Shown here: piece by piece, positions 35,232 through 43,940 of the stretch | How positions within the stretch are numbered: the first letter of the stretch is position 1 | Layout: each line of letters opens with the position of its first letter | From: a candidate division WOR-3 bacterium | Lineage (GTDB): Bacteria; Hydrothermota; UBA3073; JACQXS01 | Assembly: GCA_023129235.1 (NCBI GenBank) | Contig: JAGMCN010000013.1 | Span: 1 to 48,626, forward strand | Reading direction: 5' to 3' | DNA length: 48,626 nucleotides | The notes under the pieces: model-generated | Seen by the model: only the letters and a program-made list of their open reading frames with translations | What the model was told of the DNA's origin: nothing | The model's database searches: none | Program-made: the position numbers and the translations under genes

Positions 35232-35398
35232 AACCACGAAGGATGCGAATTATCACGAAAAAAGGTTAGCACACAGATTCACACAGATTGGAAAGATGGT
35301 CACAGATTATATTCTATCAAGACTGTGCAAATCTATTTTATCTGTGAATATCTGTGTGCAATTTTCTAATTCGTGTCCATTAGCGTTAATTCGTGGTT
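35232..35398. repeat. Full-length 167-bp imperfect palindromic element, copy 2
   Basis: Near-identical twin of 30236-30401, with the 19-mer core at 35268-35286. Confidence 0.85.
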
Positions 35399-35409
35399 CG
35401 AAAGCATAA

Positions 35410-35949
35410 ATGAATACAAAGATTAAGTATTGCCCGATGTGTAGGACTCTGCTCAAGAGAAAGAAATTGGAAGGATATTCAAGACTTGTTTGTCCAGAAT
35501 GTGGATGGATAAATTATGAAAACCCTATTCCGTCAGTAGCTATTCTCCTAAAGAACCAGAATAACGAGATTCTCTTGGTGAAAAGGAATGTGGAGCCAGA
35601 GAAAGGAAAATGGGCTCTCCCAAGCGGATTTATAGAGGCAGAAGAGACTACCGAAGATGCCACAACGAGAGAATTAAAAGAGGAAACTAATCTAAAGGGC
35701 AAGACAAAAAAGCTTATTGGGGTTTACATTGAGCATCCTGAGATTTACAAAAGTGTTTTAGTAATTGGTTATGAGGTTGAATTTATTAGTGGGTCTCTTT
35801 TGGCTGGGTCAGACTGCAGCGGAGCCAGGTTCTTCTCCCTTAACGAACTTCCCCCTATTCCATTTTCATCACATCGTAAAATAATCAAGGAGAGCTATTT
35901 ACCGCAAAGACGCAAAGTTCGCAGAGGAAAACCAAAGAATGAATCATAA
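35410..35949 (+). CDS. NUDIX hydrolase with N-terminal zinc ribbon
   Basis: CPMC...CPEC ribbon and the Nudix box GKWALPSGFIEAEETTEDATTRELKEETNL. The basic C-terminal tail is encoded by a word-repeat array. Confidence 0.85.
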   Translation: MNTKIKYCPMCRTLLKRKKLEGYSRLVCPECGWINYENPIPSVAILLKNQNNEILLVKRNVEPEKGKWALPSGFIEAEETTEDATTRELKEETNLKGKTKKLIGVYIEHPEIYKSVLVIGYEVEFISGSLLAGSDCSGARFFSLNELPPIPFSSHRKIIKESYLPQRRKVRRGKPKNES

Positions 35950-35985
35950 ATCTTTGCGTTCTCTGCGGTTGATGTATAATCTGAA

Positions 35986-36912
35986 ATGAAATATATTTAC
36001 GGACCTGTGCCTTCTCGGAGACTCGGATTCTCTTTAGGGGTTGACCTTGTTCCATACAAAACCTGCCCGTTTGATTGTATATATTGCCAATTGGGGAAGA
36101 CGACCGACAAGACAATCGCACGGAGAGAATGTTTTCCAAAAGAAGATATCTTGCGAGATGTTAGGAAAGCTCTCTTGCTCGACAAAAAGATTGATTATAT
36201 TACATTTTCGGGCTCTGGTGAGCCAACACTGAATTCTGGGATTGGATGGCTTGCAAGGGAAATTAAGAAAATTACTCAAATTCCAATTGCAGTTCTTACC
36301 AACAGTTCTTTTCTGTGGGATAAGTCGTTGAGGGAGGATTTGTTGCCAGCAGACCTTGTAGTTCCTTCGCTTGATGCGGCTACAGAGGAGGTATTTAAAG
36401 CTATGAATCGTCCACACTCATCTCTTAATATAGATAAAATTGTAGAAGGCATCAAGGAGTTTCGGAAGGAGTTTAAGAACGAGCTTTGGCTTGAGATAAT
36501 GCTGGTCAAAGGAATAAATGATAGTAAGGATGAGATTGAGAAATTTAAAGAGCTAATTTCTGAAACTCATCCAGAGAAGGTGCATCTTAATACAGTAGTT
36601 CGTCCACCGGCTGAGGAATTTGCTCATCCTCTATCTGTTAAAGAGTTAGAGGAAACAAGAGATTTCTTTGGCGAGAATTGTGAGGTGATAGCCAGATTTG
36701 ATAAGTCAAGACTTGATAAATTAAGTCTCTCTGGAGATATTGAGTGCGTAATTATTGAACTCATAAAAAGGCGTCCTGTTACTTTATCTGATATTCACAG
36801 CTCTCTGGGCATCCACAGAAACGAACTGATAAAATATCTTGAAATCTTGGAGAGGGATAAGAAAATTAAGAAGGTTGATTATGAAGGAGTAACTTATTAC
36901 GAGTGCAAGTAA
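35986..36912 (+). CDS. Radical SAM protein (COG0731-like) with C-terminal winged-helix-like region
   Basis: YGPVPSRRLGFSLGVDL followed by CPFDCIYCQ (CX3CX2C), then FSGSGEPTL. Confidence 0.8.
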   Translation: MKYIYGPVPSRRLGFSLGVDLVPYKTCPFDCIYCQLGKTTDKTIARRECFPKEDILRDVRKALLLDKKIDYITFSGSGEPTLNSGIGWLAREIKKITQIPIAVLTNSSFLWDKSLREDLLPADLVVPSLDAATEEVFKAMNRPHSSLNIDKIVEGIKEFRKEFKNELWLEIMLVKGINDSKDEIEKFKELISETHPEKVHLNTVVRPPAEEFAHPLSVKELEETRDFFGENCEVIARFDKSRLDKLSLSGDIECVIIELIKRRPVTLSDIHSSLGIHRNELIKYLEILERDKKIKKVDYEGVTYYECK

Positions 36913-36919
36913 ATCCGTA

Positions 36920-37504
36920 ATGCCCAAACATATAATCAAGGAATTAAAGACCCATATGCCCTTCACGAGCTTTGGGGCTCTCACAGGAATTATAATTATG
37001 GTAATAGTGATTTTAACCAAAGTCCCTTCTCATGTTTCTGAGAGCATTTTTTATATACTCCATCCTTTGCATATAGTATTGAGTGCGATTGTAACTACAG
37101 CGATGTACAAACTTCACGGAGGTAAGGCATTGGCAGGAATTTTAATTGGGTATGTTGGCTCTATTGGGATAGCTACAATATCTGATACAATATTTCCATA
37201 TCTTGGGGGTATGCTTGTTGGAGCAAAGATGGAGTTGCATATTGGCTTTATTGAAAAATGGTGGCTTGTGAATCCTTTGGCTTTCTTGGGCATCGCAATC
37301 GGTTGGTTGAGACCCACGACCAGGATTCCTCATTTTGGGCATGTGTTATTAAGCACATGGGCATCGTTGTTTAGTCTTATGGCTTTTGGGGCAGCAAGTT
37401 GGATGAGATTGCTTCCGTTTGTTTTCCTCACATTATTTTTTGCAGTCTGGATTCCCTGTTGTTTATCAGATGTTGTATTCCCTCTTATCTTTGTGAAAAA
37501 GTGA
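36920..37504 (+). CDS. Polytopic membrane protein, unknown function
   Basis: 194 aa with about 6 TM segments. It starts 7 nt after the radical SAM stop. Confidence 0.5.
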   Translation: MPKHIIKELKTHMPFTSFGALTGIIIMVIVILTKVPSHVSESIFYILHPLHIVLSAIVTTAMYKLHGGKALAGILIGYVGSIGIATISDTIFPYLGGMLVGAKMELHIGFIEKWWLVNPLAFLGIAIGWLRPTTRIPHFGHVLLSTWASLFSLMAFGAASWMRLLPFVFLTLFFAVWIPCCLSDVVFPLIFVKK

Positions 37505-39309
37505 TTCTCCTCTTTTTGATTTTCCTCGTATATCAGGAGTTTGAGGCTCCTCAAGGAAATGAGGATTTGATTGATGAGCTTGGCAAATTAGAACAACATC
37601 CGATTCAACTCAATAAAGCGAAGAAAGAAAACTTTTTGAGGATATACTGGATTTCTCCAGAGCTTGCAAAGTCCATTATAGAAACGAGAAATAAGATTGG
37701 AGGATTTAAGAAGGTGGAAGATTTAAACAAAGTTCTTGGGCTGACAGACGAGACATTAGAACTTATTAAGCCCTATGTAACAGTAGGGGCAATTCACAAA
37801 TCACCCCTGCTATTTGAATTGAGGGCAAGGGTCAAAGAATCCTTTCCAAGAGAGTCAGGAAAACTCGGTGACCCATGGAAAACTTATGAGAGACTTAAAC
37901 TCAGATATAGAAATCTTTCTGGGGTGCTACTTCTTGAAAAGGATTATTATGAGGAAAGCTACGGAGACTTTATTACTGGGGGAATAATGCTCCAACTGAA
38001 CAAGCGATTTCCCAAGTTCGTGCTTGGCGACTATAAACTTGAATTTGGGGAGGGACTTTTGTTCGGATATCCACCACTTATTACTTTTAAGAATCAGGGA
38101 ATGATTAAATCGCGAGAAAGAGGAATTCGGTTATATACCAATGCAGGAGAAAACACTTATTTGCGTGGACTGGCTTTGGAATCAAGGATAAGCAGTCAGG
38201 GTAAGAACTTTATCTTCTGTTCTCGCACTCTGCTGGATGGCAAAGTTGAGGATGGAGAGGTTTTTATTTATTATGATTATGAAAGCGACCACTCTACTGA
38301 GTCTGGCTTAGACAAAAGAGATAGGATACGGGAGGAGCTTTTGGGCACAAGATTTGAATGGAGTGGAATGATAAAGCTTGGAGTTACAGGATATAAGAAC
38401 TCGCATTTCTTAAATCCAGAAGGAACGAAACTTGGGACGCATAAGCTTTTTGGAGCTGACTTTTCATATAAGCTGGCTAAAACCCAGTGGTTTGGTGAGC
38501 TTGGAAGATGTGATACAAGTTGGCGACTTTCGTCGCCTTTCCTTTGTAAGCTTAACCACCATTGCTCGACGGAATGGGCTTGGGTTACGGGAGTTGAATA
38601 TAAAAGAGGGAAATTAAAATTAGGAGCTTTATCAAGATATTATCCGTCGCATTTTTATGTCTTTCACTCTTCGCCTTGGGCGGATAGGTCAGTCACAACA
38701 GGCGGGCTCGCAGAAAAAGGAAATTACCTGTACATCGGATACAAGATTTCAAAGAGCACGAAATTCTCAGGATATTTTGATGTCTTTACTCGCCTGCCAA
38801 AAATCTATTCTCAAGAACTCCCGGAACAGGGAGTTAAATATTCCAGTGAGATAGAACACAAGTTCACAAAGCAATTTAGTATTACCAGCAGATATTCTTT
38901 TAAGTCTCTTGGAATCAGCCGGAGCAATCAATTTAGACTGCAAGCAGATATTGGGGTTAAAAATATTGATATGCGAGTTCGGGGAGAGAAGGGTTATGAG
39001 ACTGATGGTAGGGAGGGTGAGCTTTTATATGGAGATATTAACTTTAAGTTCTTGAGAAATTTAAGTGTGTCAACAAGACTTATTTTGTTTGACTCAAATC
39101 TTTCTAAGTTTAAGCTTTATGAATATGAAAGAGACCTGCCCGGACTTATGACAAACCGCGTTATAGCAGGCAAAGGCTCAAGGGCTTATTTTATTATTAA
39201 AGGCAGAGTTGCCTCAATTTGTGAGCTTGGTTTGAAATATGAGATAACCTCAAAATTCAGAGAGTCCCCAACCCAGAGATACAGTATCCAGCTGGATTTA
39301 GAGATATAA
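37501..39309 (+). CDS. Helix-hairpin-helix (ComEA-like) domain protein with large beta-barrel-like C-terminal region
   Basis: The GTG at 37501 overlaps the previous stop (GTGA). It has a hydrophobic N-terminus, an HhH segment (ISPELAKSIIETRNKIGGFKKVEDL) and an alternating beta-pattern thereafter. Confidence 0.55.
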   Translation: MILLFLIFLVYQEFEAPQGNEDLIDELGKLEQHPIQLNKAKKENFLRIYWISPELAKSIIETRNKIGGFKKVEDLNKVLGLTDETLELIKPYVTVGAIHKSPLLFELRARVKESFPRESGKLGDPWKTYERLKLRYRNLSGVLLLEKDYYEESYGDFITGGIMLQLNKRFPKFVLGDYKLEFGEGLLFGYPPLITFKNQGMIKSRERGIRLYTNAGENTYLRGLALESRISSQGKNFIFCSRTLLDGKVEDGEVFIYYDYESDHSTESGLDKRDRIREELLGTRFEWSGMIKLGVTGYKNSHFLNPEGTKLGTHKLFGADFSYKLAKTQWFGELGRCDTSWRLSSPFLCKLNHHCSTEWAWVTGVEYKRGKLKLGALSRYYPSHFYVFHSSPWADRSVTTGGLAEKGNYLYIGYKISKSTKFSGYFDVFTRLPKIYSQELPEQGVKYSSEIEHKFTKQFSITSRYSFKSLGISRSNQFRLQADIGVKNIDMRVRGEKGYETDGREGELLYGDINFKFLRNLSVSTRLILFDSNLSKFKLYEYERDLPGLMTNRVIAGKGSRAYFIIKGRVASICELGLKYEITSKFRESPTQRYSIQLDLEI

Positions 39310-39316
39310 TGTATTG

Positions 39317-39429
39317 GACGCAGATGAACGCAGATAGACACAGATTACTTGATAGACAGAGATAGAGATTTGAGATGGAGCTTTTTCTCTATCTCTATCT
39401 CGAGCCTCAACTCTGTGTCCTCTGTGGTT
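39317..39429. repeat. Word-repeat element (GCAGAT words ... CTCTGTGGTT) with central strong hairpin
   Basis: Sequence reads ggacgcagatgaacgcagatagacacagatt. A 14-bp stem pairs 39354-39367 with 39387-39400 at 13 of 14 positions. It ends ctctgtgtcctctgtggtt followed by T-runs. Confidence 0.55.
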
Positions 39430-39491
39430 TTTGCATTTTTCACTTGACAAAACGGGAGTTTTAGCACATATAATATACAATGGAGGTGGTT

Positions 39492-41984
39492 ATGAATAAA
39501 TTTTTGTGTATTTTGTTTGGGATTTTTGTTAGTGGGGCTGGCTATTCTGCTGATATGATAGCCGATATTACGGATACGGTGCACACAGAATTTGGAGTGT
39601 ATCATCCTTATCCGGTAGACGTTAATCCTGCCTGCACACCTTATGCAATAGACTCAGGATTCACGAATGTGGCTAACTTTGATAGCTTTACCTTCACTGC
39701 TTGTGAGGAGTCACTTTTACTGAATAATGCTTTTGTGTCCACGCCTTCTGCTCGGATGGAGATTTACGACATTTATAACGAGGTAAGAGAACGAGAGATG
39801 CCTATATTCGTGAGTTGCGATGCGCTGTTGCATACTTATCATATTTTGTATGACAAGTTGCTCCAGACAGCTGAAATTGAGCGACTCGTTGGAGATATAG
39901 AAAATCTTACTGATACGCTTTATTCCAAAGTCAAGGAGGAATGGGATTCAGCAAGTGCTCCATCTGTTAAAGAGGCGCTGCAACGGAATCTCGCTTATTT
40001 GAGTGTAGCAAAATGCTTGCTCAATACTACCTTCACTCCGTTGCCAGAAGTAGAAACACTTGTAGATACTGAACTCGCACTTGTTTATGCTCATAAAGGA
40101 TATACTCCTTCACCTATATTTGAGTGTGCTGAAGATTACAGTCAATATGTGCCAAGAGGGCATTATACAAAGAGCGATACACTTGAGCGGTATTTCAGAG
40201 CAATGATGTGGTATGGGAGAATGACTTTTGCAATGAGAGCAGTAGTGGCAGGGGATTACGTGTGTGTCCCAGATACAATACTTCAAACAAGGATGGCAGT
40301 GCTTTTAGTTCACGGAATACATAATATTGAAGTAGCAGGAGAGCCGGGGACAGATGTCTGGGAAAGAGTTTATTTGCCGACTATGTTCTTTGTGGGCAAG
40401 TCAGATGATATACATCTCGAGCAATATACTCAAATTGCAGAAGGAGTTTATGGAGCCGGCTTTGCTTCACTGCCGCCTGATAGTTTTGCTAACGATGTGC
40501 TACTCAATGAATTTATTGCAAAGGCGAATACACTTCCGGACCCTGCGATACCTACATTGACTCCCAAGGGATTTAGGTTTATGGGGCAGAGATTTGTCCC
40601 GGACTCCTGGATGTTTAGTCAACTAACATTCGATAGAATCCCAGGGGAGAGACTTTTTCCAAGGGGGCTTGATGTAATGAGTGTTTTGGGTTCTGAGCAT
40701 GCATACGAAATACTTGACCAGATTTACGATGAGACTGCATATGAGGGTTATCCGGGAAAGATGAGTTATCTTAAAGCATATTTTTCGGCTTTGCCAGATG
40801 CGACCTGGGCGCAGAATCTTTACTGGAATTGGTTGTATTGTCTTATGCCCTTTACCTTTGCAAAAGGAACTGGATTCCCGACTTTTATGCAAAATGAGGC
40901 ATGGACACGCAAGGAACTTTATGGAGCTCTTGGAAGCTGGAGCGAGCTCAGGCACGATACAATATTATATGCAAAGCAGAGTGTGAGTCCTCCGACAGGG
41001 AGTCCTTCAGAGTCATATACAATTCATGGTTATGTAGAGCCGAATCCCTGGGCATTTGCAAGACTTGCTTCTCTTGTGAAATATACAAAGGAAGGACTTA
41101 AAGAACTTGATTTACTTTATTATGATTTTGAAGCACGACTTATAGGGCTTGAAAACTCGTTGCTTGTTTTAAAAATAATAGCGGAGAAAGAGCTTACAAA
41201 TCAAAGTATTAGTTACGGAGAAGATAGGGCAATTACAGGAATAGGAGCAGAGATTGCTAAACTTGTAATCTTTGATGAATATGAGCCTTATCCAGGATAT
41301 GATTTTTGTGGACTGCCTAAATATCCACCTCCTGATGACCAGATGCCAGTTATTGCAGATGTCCATACAGATGCTAATCTTATGCAATGTCTTGAAGAGG
41401 GAGTGGGTTATCCATTTAATTTGTATGTGATAGTTCCTTTAAATGGGGAGCTTACGGTATGTTGGGGAGCAGGGTTTTCGTATTATGAGTTTAAACAGCC
41501 AATATCTAATAGACTAACGGATGAGCAGTGGCAGACGATATTACAAACTGACCCACCTGATGTGCCGATTTGGGCAGCAAGTTTTGTAGATACTTCACAG
41601 TTGGGCGCTGTTCCAAATCCAGAATATTACTATGGAGCTGGTTTTTGTTGGTGCATCCAGCAATTTGGGGTTGAGGAGAGAGAGTTGAGTCCGTCAGTTG
41701 ACGGAAAGAGTTTAGAGTTAAGGGTTTATCCTAATCCATCTGGGAGAGGGGCTGATATTAGATTTCAGATTCCAGATTACAAATTGCAGATTAAAGATAT
41801 GCGGTTAACGGTTCACGATATCTCTGGCAGACTGGTAAGAGAGTTGAGGGTTGAGAGTAAAGAGTTTAGGGTTGAGTGGAATGGGAGAGATAGTGCAGGT
41901 AAGCAAGTGCCTCAAGGGATTTATTTCATCAATCTTAAGCTTGGAGATTTTGAGAAAGTATGCAAGTTTGTGCTCGTGCGATAA
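39492..41984 (+). CDS. Secreted DUF3160-like protein with T9SS C-terminal sorting domain
   Basis: GGAGGTGG RBS before the ATG at 39492. It has a signal peptide, VPRGHYTKSDTLERYFRAMMWYGR (a DUF3160-like block) and the CTD VYPNPS...LTVHDISGR...GIYFINL. Confidence 0.65.
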   Translation: MNKFLCILFGIFVSGAGYSADMIADITDTVHTEFGVYHPYPVDVNPACTPYAIDSGFTNVANFDSFTFTACEESLLLNNAFVSTPSARMEIYDIYNEVREREMPIFVSCDALLHTYHILYDKLLQTAEIERLVGDIENLTDTLYSKVKEEWDSASAPSVKEALQRNLAYLSVAKCLLNTTFTPLPEVETLVDTELALVYAHKGYTPSPIFECAEDYSQYVPRGHYTKSDTLERYFRAMMWYGRMTFAMRAVVAGDYVCVPDTILQTRMAVLLVHGIHNIEVAGEPGTDVWERVYLPTMFFVGKSDDIHLEQYTQIAEGVYGAGFASLPPDSFANDVLLNEFIAKANTLPDPAIPTLTPKGFRFMGQRFVPDSWMFSQLTFDRIPGERLFPRGLDVMSVLGSEHAYEILDQIYDETAYEGYPGKMSYLKAYFSALPDATWAQNLYWNWLYCLMPFTFAKGTGFPTFMQNEAWTRKELYGALGSWSELRHDTILYAKQSVSPPTGSPSESYTIHGYVEPNPWAFARLASLVKYTKEGLKELDLLYYDFEARLIGLENSLLVLKIIAEKELTNQSISYGEDRAITGIGAEIAKLVIFDEYEPYPGYDFCGLPKYPPPDDQMPVIADVHTDANLMQCLEEGVGYPFNLYVIVPLNGELTVCWGAGFSYYEFKQPISNRLTDEQWQTILQTDPPDVPIWAASFVDTSQLGAVPNPEYYYGAGFCWCIQQFGVEERELSPSVDGKSLELRVYPNPSGRGADIRFQIPDYKLQIKDMRLTVHDISGRLVRELRVESKEFRVEWNGRDSAGKQVPQGIYFINLKLGDFEKVCKFVLVR

Positions 41985-42014
41985 AGATTAATATAGTGTA
42001 GCGTAAGGCATTGA

Positions 42015-42821
42015 ATGGAGTGCGACGACAGAAAGATTGTTTGTATAGACATAGGGAATTCTGCTACATCCATTGGATTGTTTGATGTAGTGACGGTTCG
42101 CGAACCGCCACTACTTGCGAACCCCCAAAGAATATCAAACAAGAAACTTGGAGATATAAAATCCTGGCTTCTCCCGATAAATCGGGATTTTCGTTTCACT
42201 CCAACAAATGATAAAGTATCTGCTGTAATGATTGCTTCTGTTGTGCCAGAAAAAAATGAAGTCTTTCGTTGTGTGATTCAAGGAGTTTATGGGATAGCCC
42301 CGAAGTTTGTTGACTCAAGTTTAATTAAAAGGGCTTATTCTGAGTTAGGAGCAGATAGAGTAGCAAATCTCATAGGTGGATACGAGAAATTTGGATTGCC
42401 TGTTTGTGTGATTGATTTTGGGAGTGCGATAACCATAGATGTTTTAAAACAGGCAACAGGCAAAAGGCAAAAGGCAAAAGTTGATGGGGAGTATGGGGGT
42501 GGAGTTATATTGCCTGGCGTGGAAATGGGACTCAAGGTTTTACATCAAGACACCTCCTTGCTTCCAGAAGTTTCTTTTGTGGGGACAATTCGCGAATTGC
42601 CCCTACTTGGTAAATCTACAATTGAGTGTATTAAATCAAGTAGCTACTGGGGAGAATTGTGCAGAATTCAAGGATTGATAGAGAAAATCAAGCAGGACTT
42701 GAATCCAAAAATTGTTTGCACAGGAGGAGCTGGTGAATTATTTGCCAAAGCATTAGGGCTTAAGTATGAGCCCTGGCTTACTCTTTGGGGGCTATATTTT
42801 ATATGGAAAAAGTCCGTGTAA
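42015..42821 (+). CDS. coaX: Type III pantothenate kinase
   Basis: IDIGNSATSIG, GADR, IDFGSAITIDV, and GGVILPG motifs. It contains a heptamer-array insertion (see findings). Confidence 0.9.
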   Translation: MECDDRKIVCIDIGNSATSIGLFDVVTVREPPLLANPQRISNKKLGDIKSWLLPINRDFRFTPTNDKVSAVMIASVVPEKNEVFRCVIQGVYGIAPKFVDSSLIKRAYSELGADRVANLIGGYEKFGLPVCVIDFGSAITIDVLKQATGKRQKAKVDGEYGGGVILPGVEMGLKVLHQDTSLLPEVSFVGTIRELPLLGKSTIECIKSSSYWGELCRIQGLIEKIKQDLNPKIVCTGGAGELFAKALGLKYEPWLTLWGLYFIWKKSV

Positions 42822-42840
42822 TAGGAATAAACTACTTAAA

Positions 42841-42986
42841 AGATAGCACGCAGATATTCACAGATAAAACAGACTTACACAACAAAGTGTTATTTTTTAT
42901 ACAATCTGTGATAATCTTTTCAATTTGTGTAAATCTGTGTGCTAATGATTTTTCCATACGGATCCTTCGGACGTGTAATTCGTGTT
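42841..42986. repeat. Palindromic word-repeat element, opposite orientation of the 18910 subfamily
   Basis: The right arm (aatctgtgataatc...aatctgtgtgctaat...ccatacggatccttcgg...aattcgtgtt) is approximately the reverse complement of 18910-18994. Confidence 0.7.
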
Positions 42987-43001
42987 CGGGTATTGGGAAT
43001 C

Positions 43002-43940
43002 TTAAATTCTATCGTATTCGTCTTCTATTTCGCCGAACAATTCTTCAATTACATCTTCGGCAGTAATAAGTCCGACGAGCCCTCCGCGACGGTCCTTTAC
43101 CAGAGCAAAGAAGTTTTCTTTATTCTTTAGCTCCTCAAAAAGAGCTTCTATTGATAAATTATCATCGATGAACTTACAGGGCTTGATTGCATCGGATACA
43201 CTTGTTGCGATAAGGAGACTTTTAGCTTCAACCACGCCAATTATTTCATCCGCATCAGGTGATTTTGACCCATAGACAGGAACTCTTGAGTATCCACTCT
43301 CTTTTATTATTTGCTTTAGTTCTTGAAGAGAAACATCTGCTGGAGCAGAGAGGATTCTGTTTTTAGGGATCATTATTTCTTTTGCCTGTTTTCCTCTAAA
43401 GTCCAGGAGTCGCGAAATAATGCGATGTTCAGGTAAAGAAAGAGCTTTTTTGCTGGCAACTCGCAAGTCCTCTCTTGTAAATTTGTGGAATGTGAATTTA
43501 GGATGGGCGTTGAATAGTTTCAATATCCCAATAGAGCTATGATACACTATGAATATCAATGGATAGAAGAGCCAGTAGATTACAACATAAGGTTTTGCAA
43601 GAATAATCACGAGTTGTTCCTTAAATCTTGAAGCTATAGATTTTGGCAGGACTTCTCCGAATATAAAGATAAGTAGTGCTGTAAGCAATATTACAACCCC
43701 TTCTTGAAGTCCCCAGACGCTTGATGCTATAACCGAAAGTCCGACTATTGCAAGATTATTCCCAACGAGGATGGTTATTAGTAACTTATCTTGATTGCGG
43801 AGGAGGTTTAAGGCAAACTTTGCTCCCTTTTTGTTTTTGCTTGCCCAATGCCTGAGCTTAATCCAATCACAGGATATAAAAGCCATCTCTGAAGCAGTAA
43901 AAAAGGCAGAAGCAATAAGAAGTAATATTATTCCTATCAT
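43002..43940 (-). CDS. CNNM/TlyC-family DUF21 + CBS-pair membrane protein (no CorC_HlyC domain), paralogue B
   Basis: 312 aa with SAFFTASEMAF at the N-terminus, 3-4 TM segments, and CBS-like repeats. Confidence 0.8.
   Translation of the reverse strand: MIGIILLLIASAFFTASEMAFISCDWIKLRHWASKNKKGAKFALNLLRNQDKLLITILVGNNLAIVGLSVIASSVWGLQEGVVILLTALLIFIFGEVLPKSIASRFKEQLVIILAKPYVVIYWLFYPLIFIVYHSSIGILKLFNAHPKFTFHKFTREDLRVASKKALSLPEHRIISRLLDFRGKQAKEIMIPKNRILSAPADVSLQELKQIIKESGYSRVPVYGSKSPDADEIIGVVEAKSLLIATSVSDAIKPCKFIDDNLSIEALFEELKNKENFFALVKDRRGGLVGLITAEDVIEELFGEIEDEYDRI

Noticed and set aside
37399-37500. Upstream ATG start (37399) for the HhH-barrel ORF
   Set aside because: This part overlaps the membrane protein gene in another frame for 100 nt. 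The GTG at 37501, overlapping the stop as GTGA and followed by a hydrophobic N-terminus, is more plausible.
42785-43066. 93-aa + strand ORF downstream of coaX
   Set aside because: It runs through the repeat element and antisense into the CNNM gene 3' end, so it is a repeat-derived artefact. The ORFs at 39298-39480 and 39345-39605 were rejected for the same reason.
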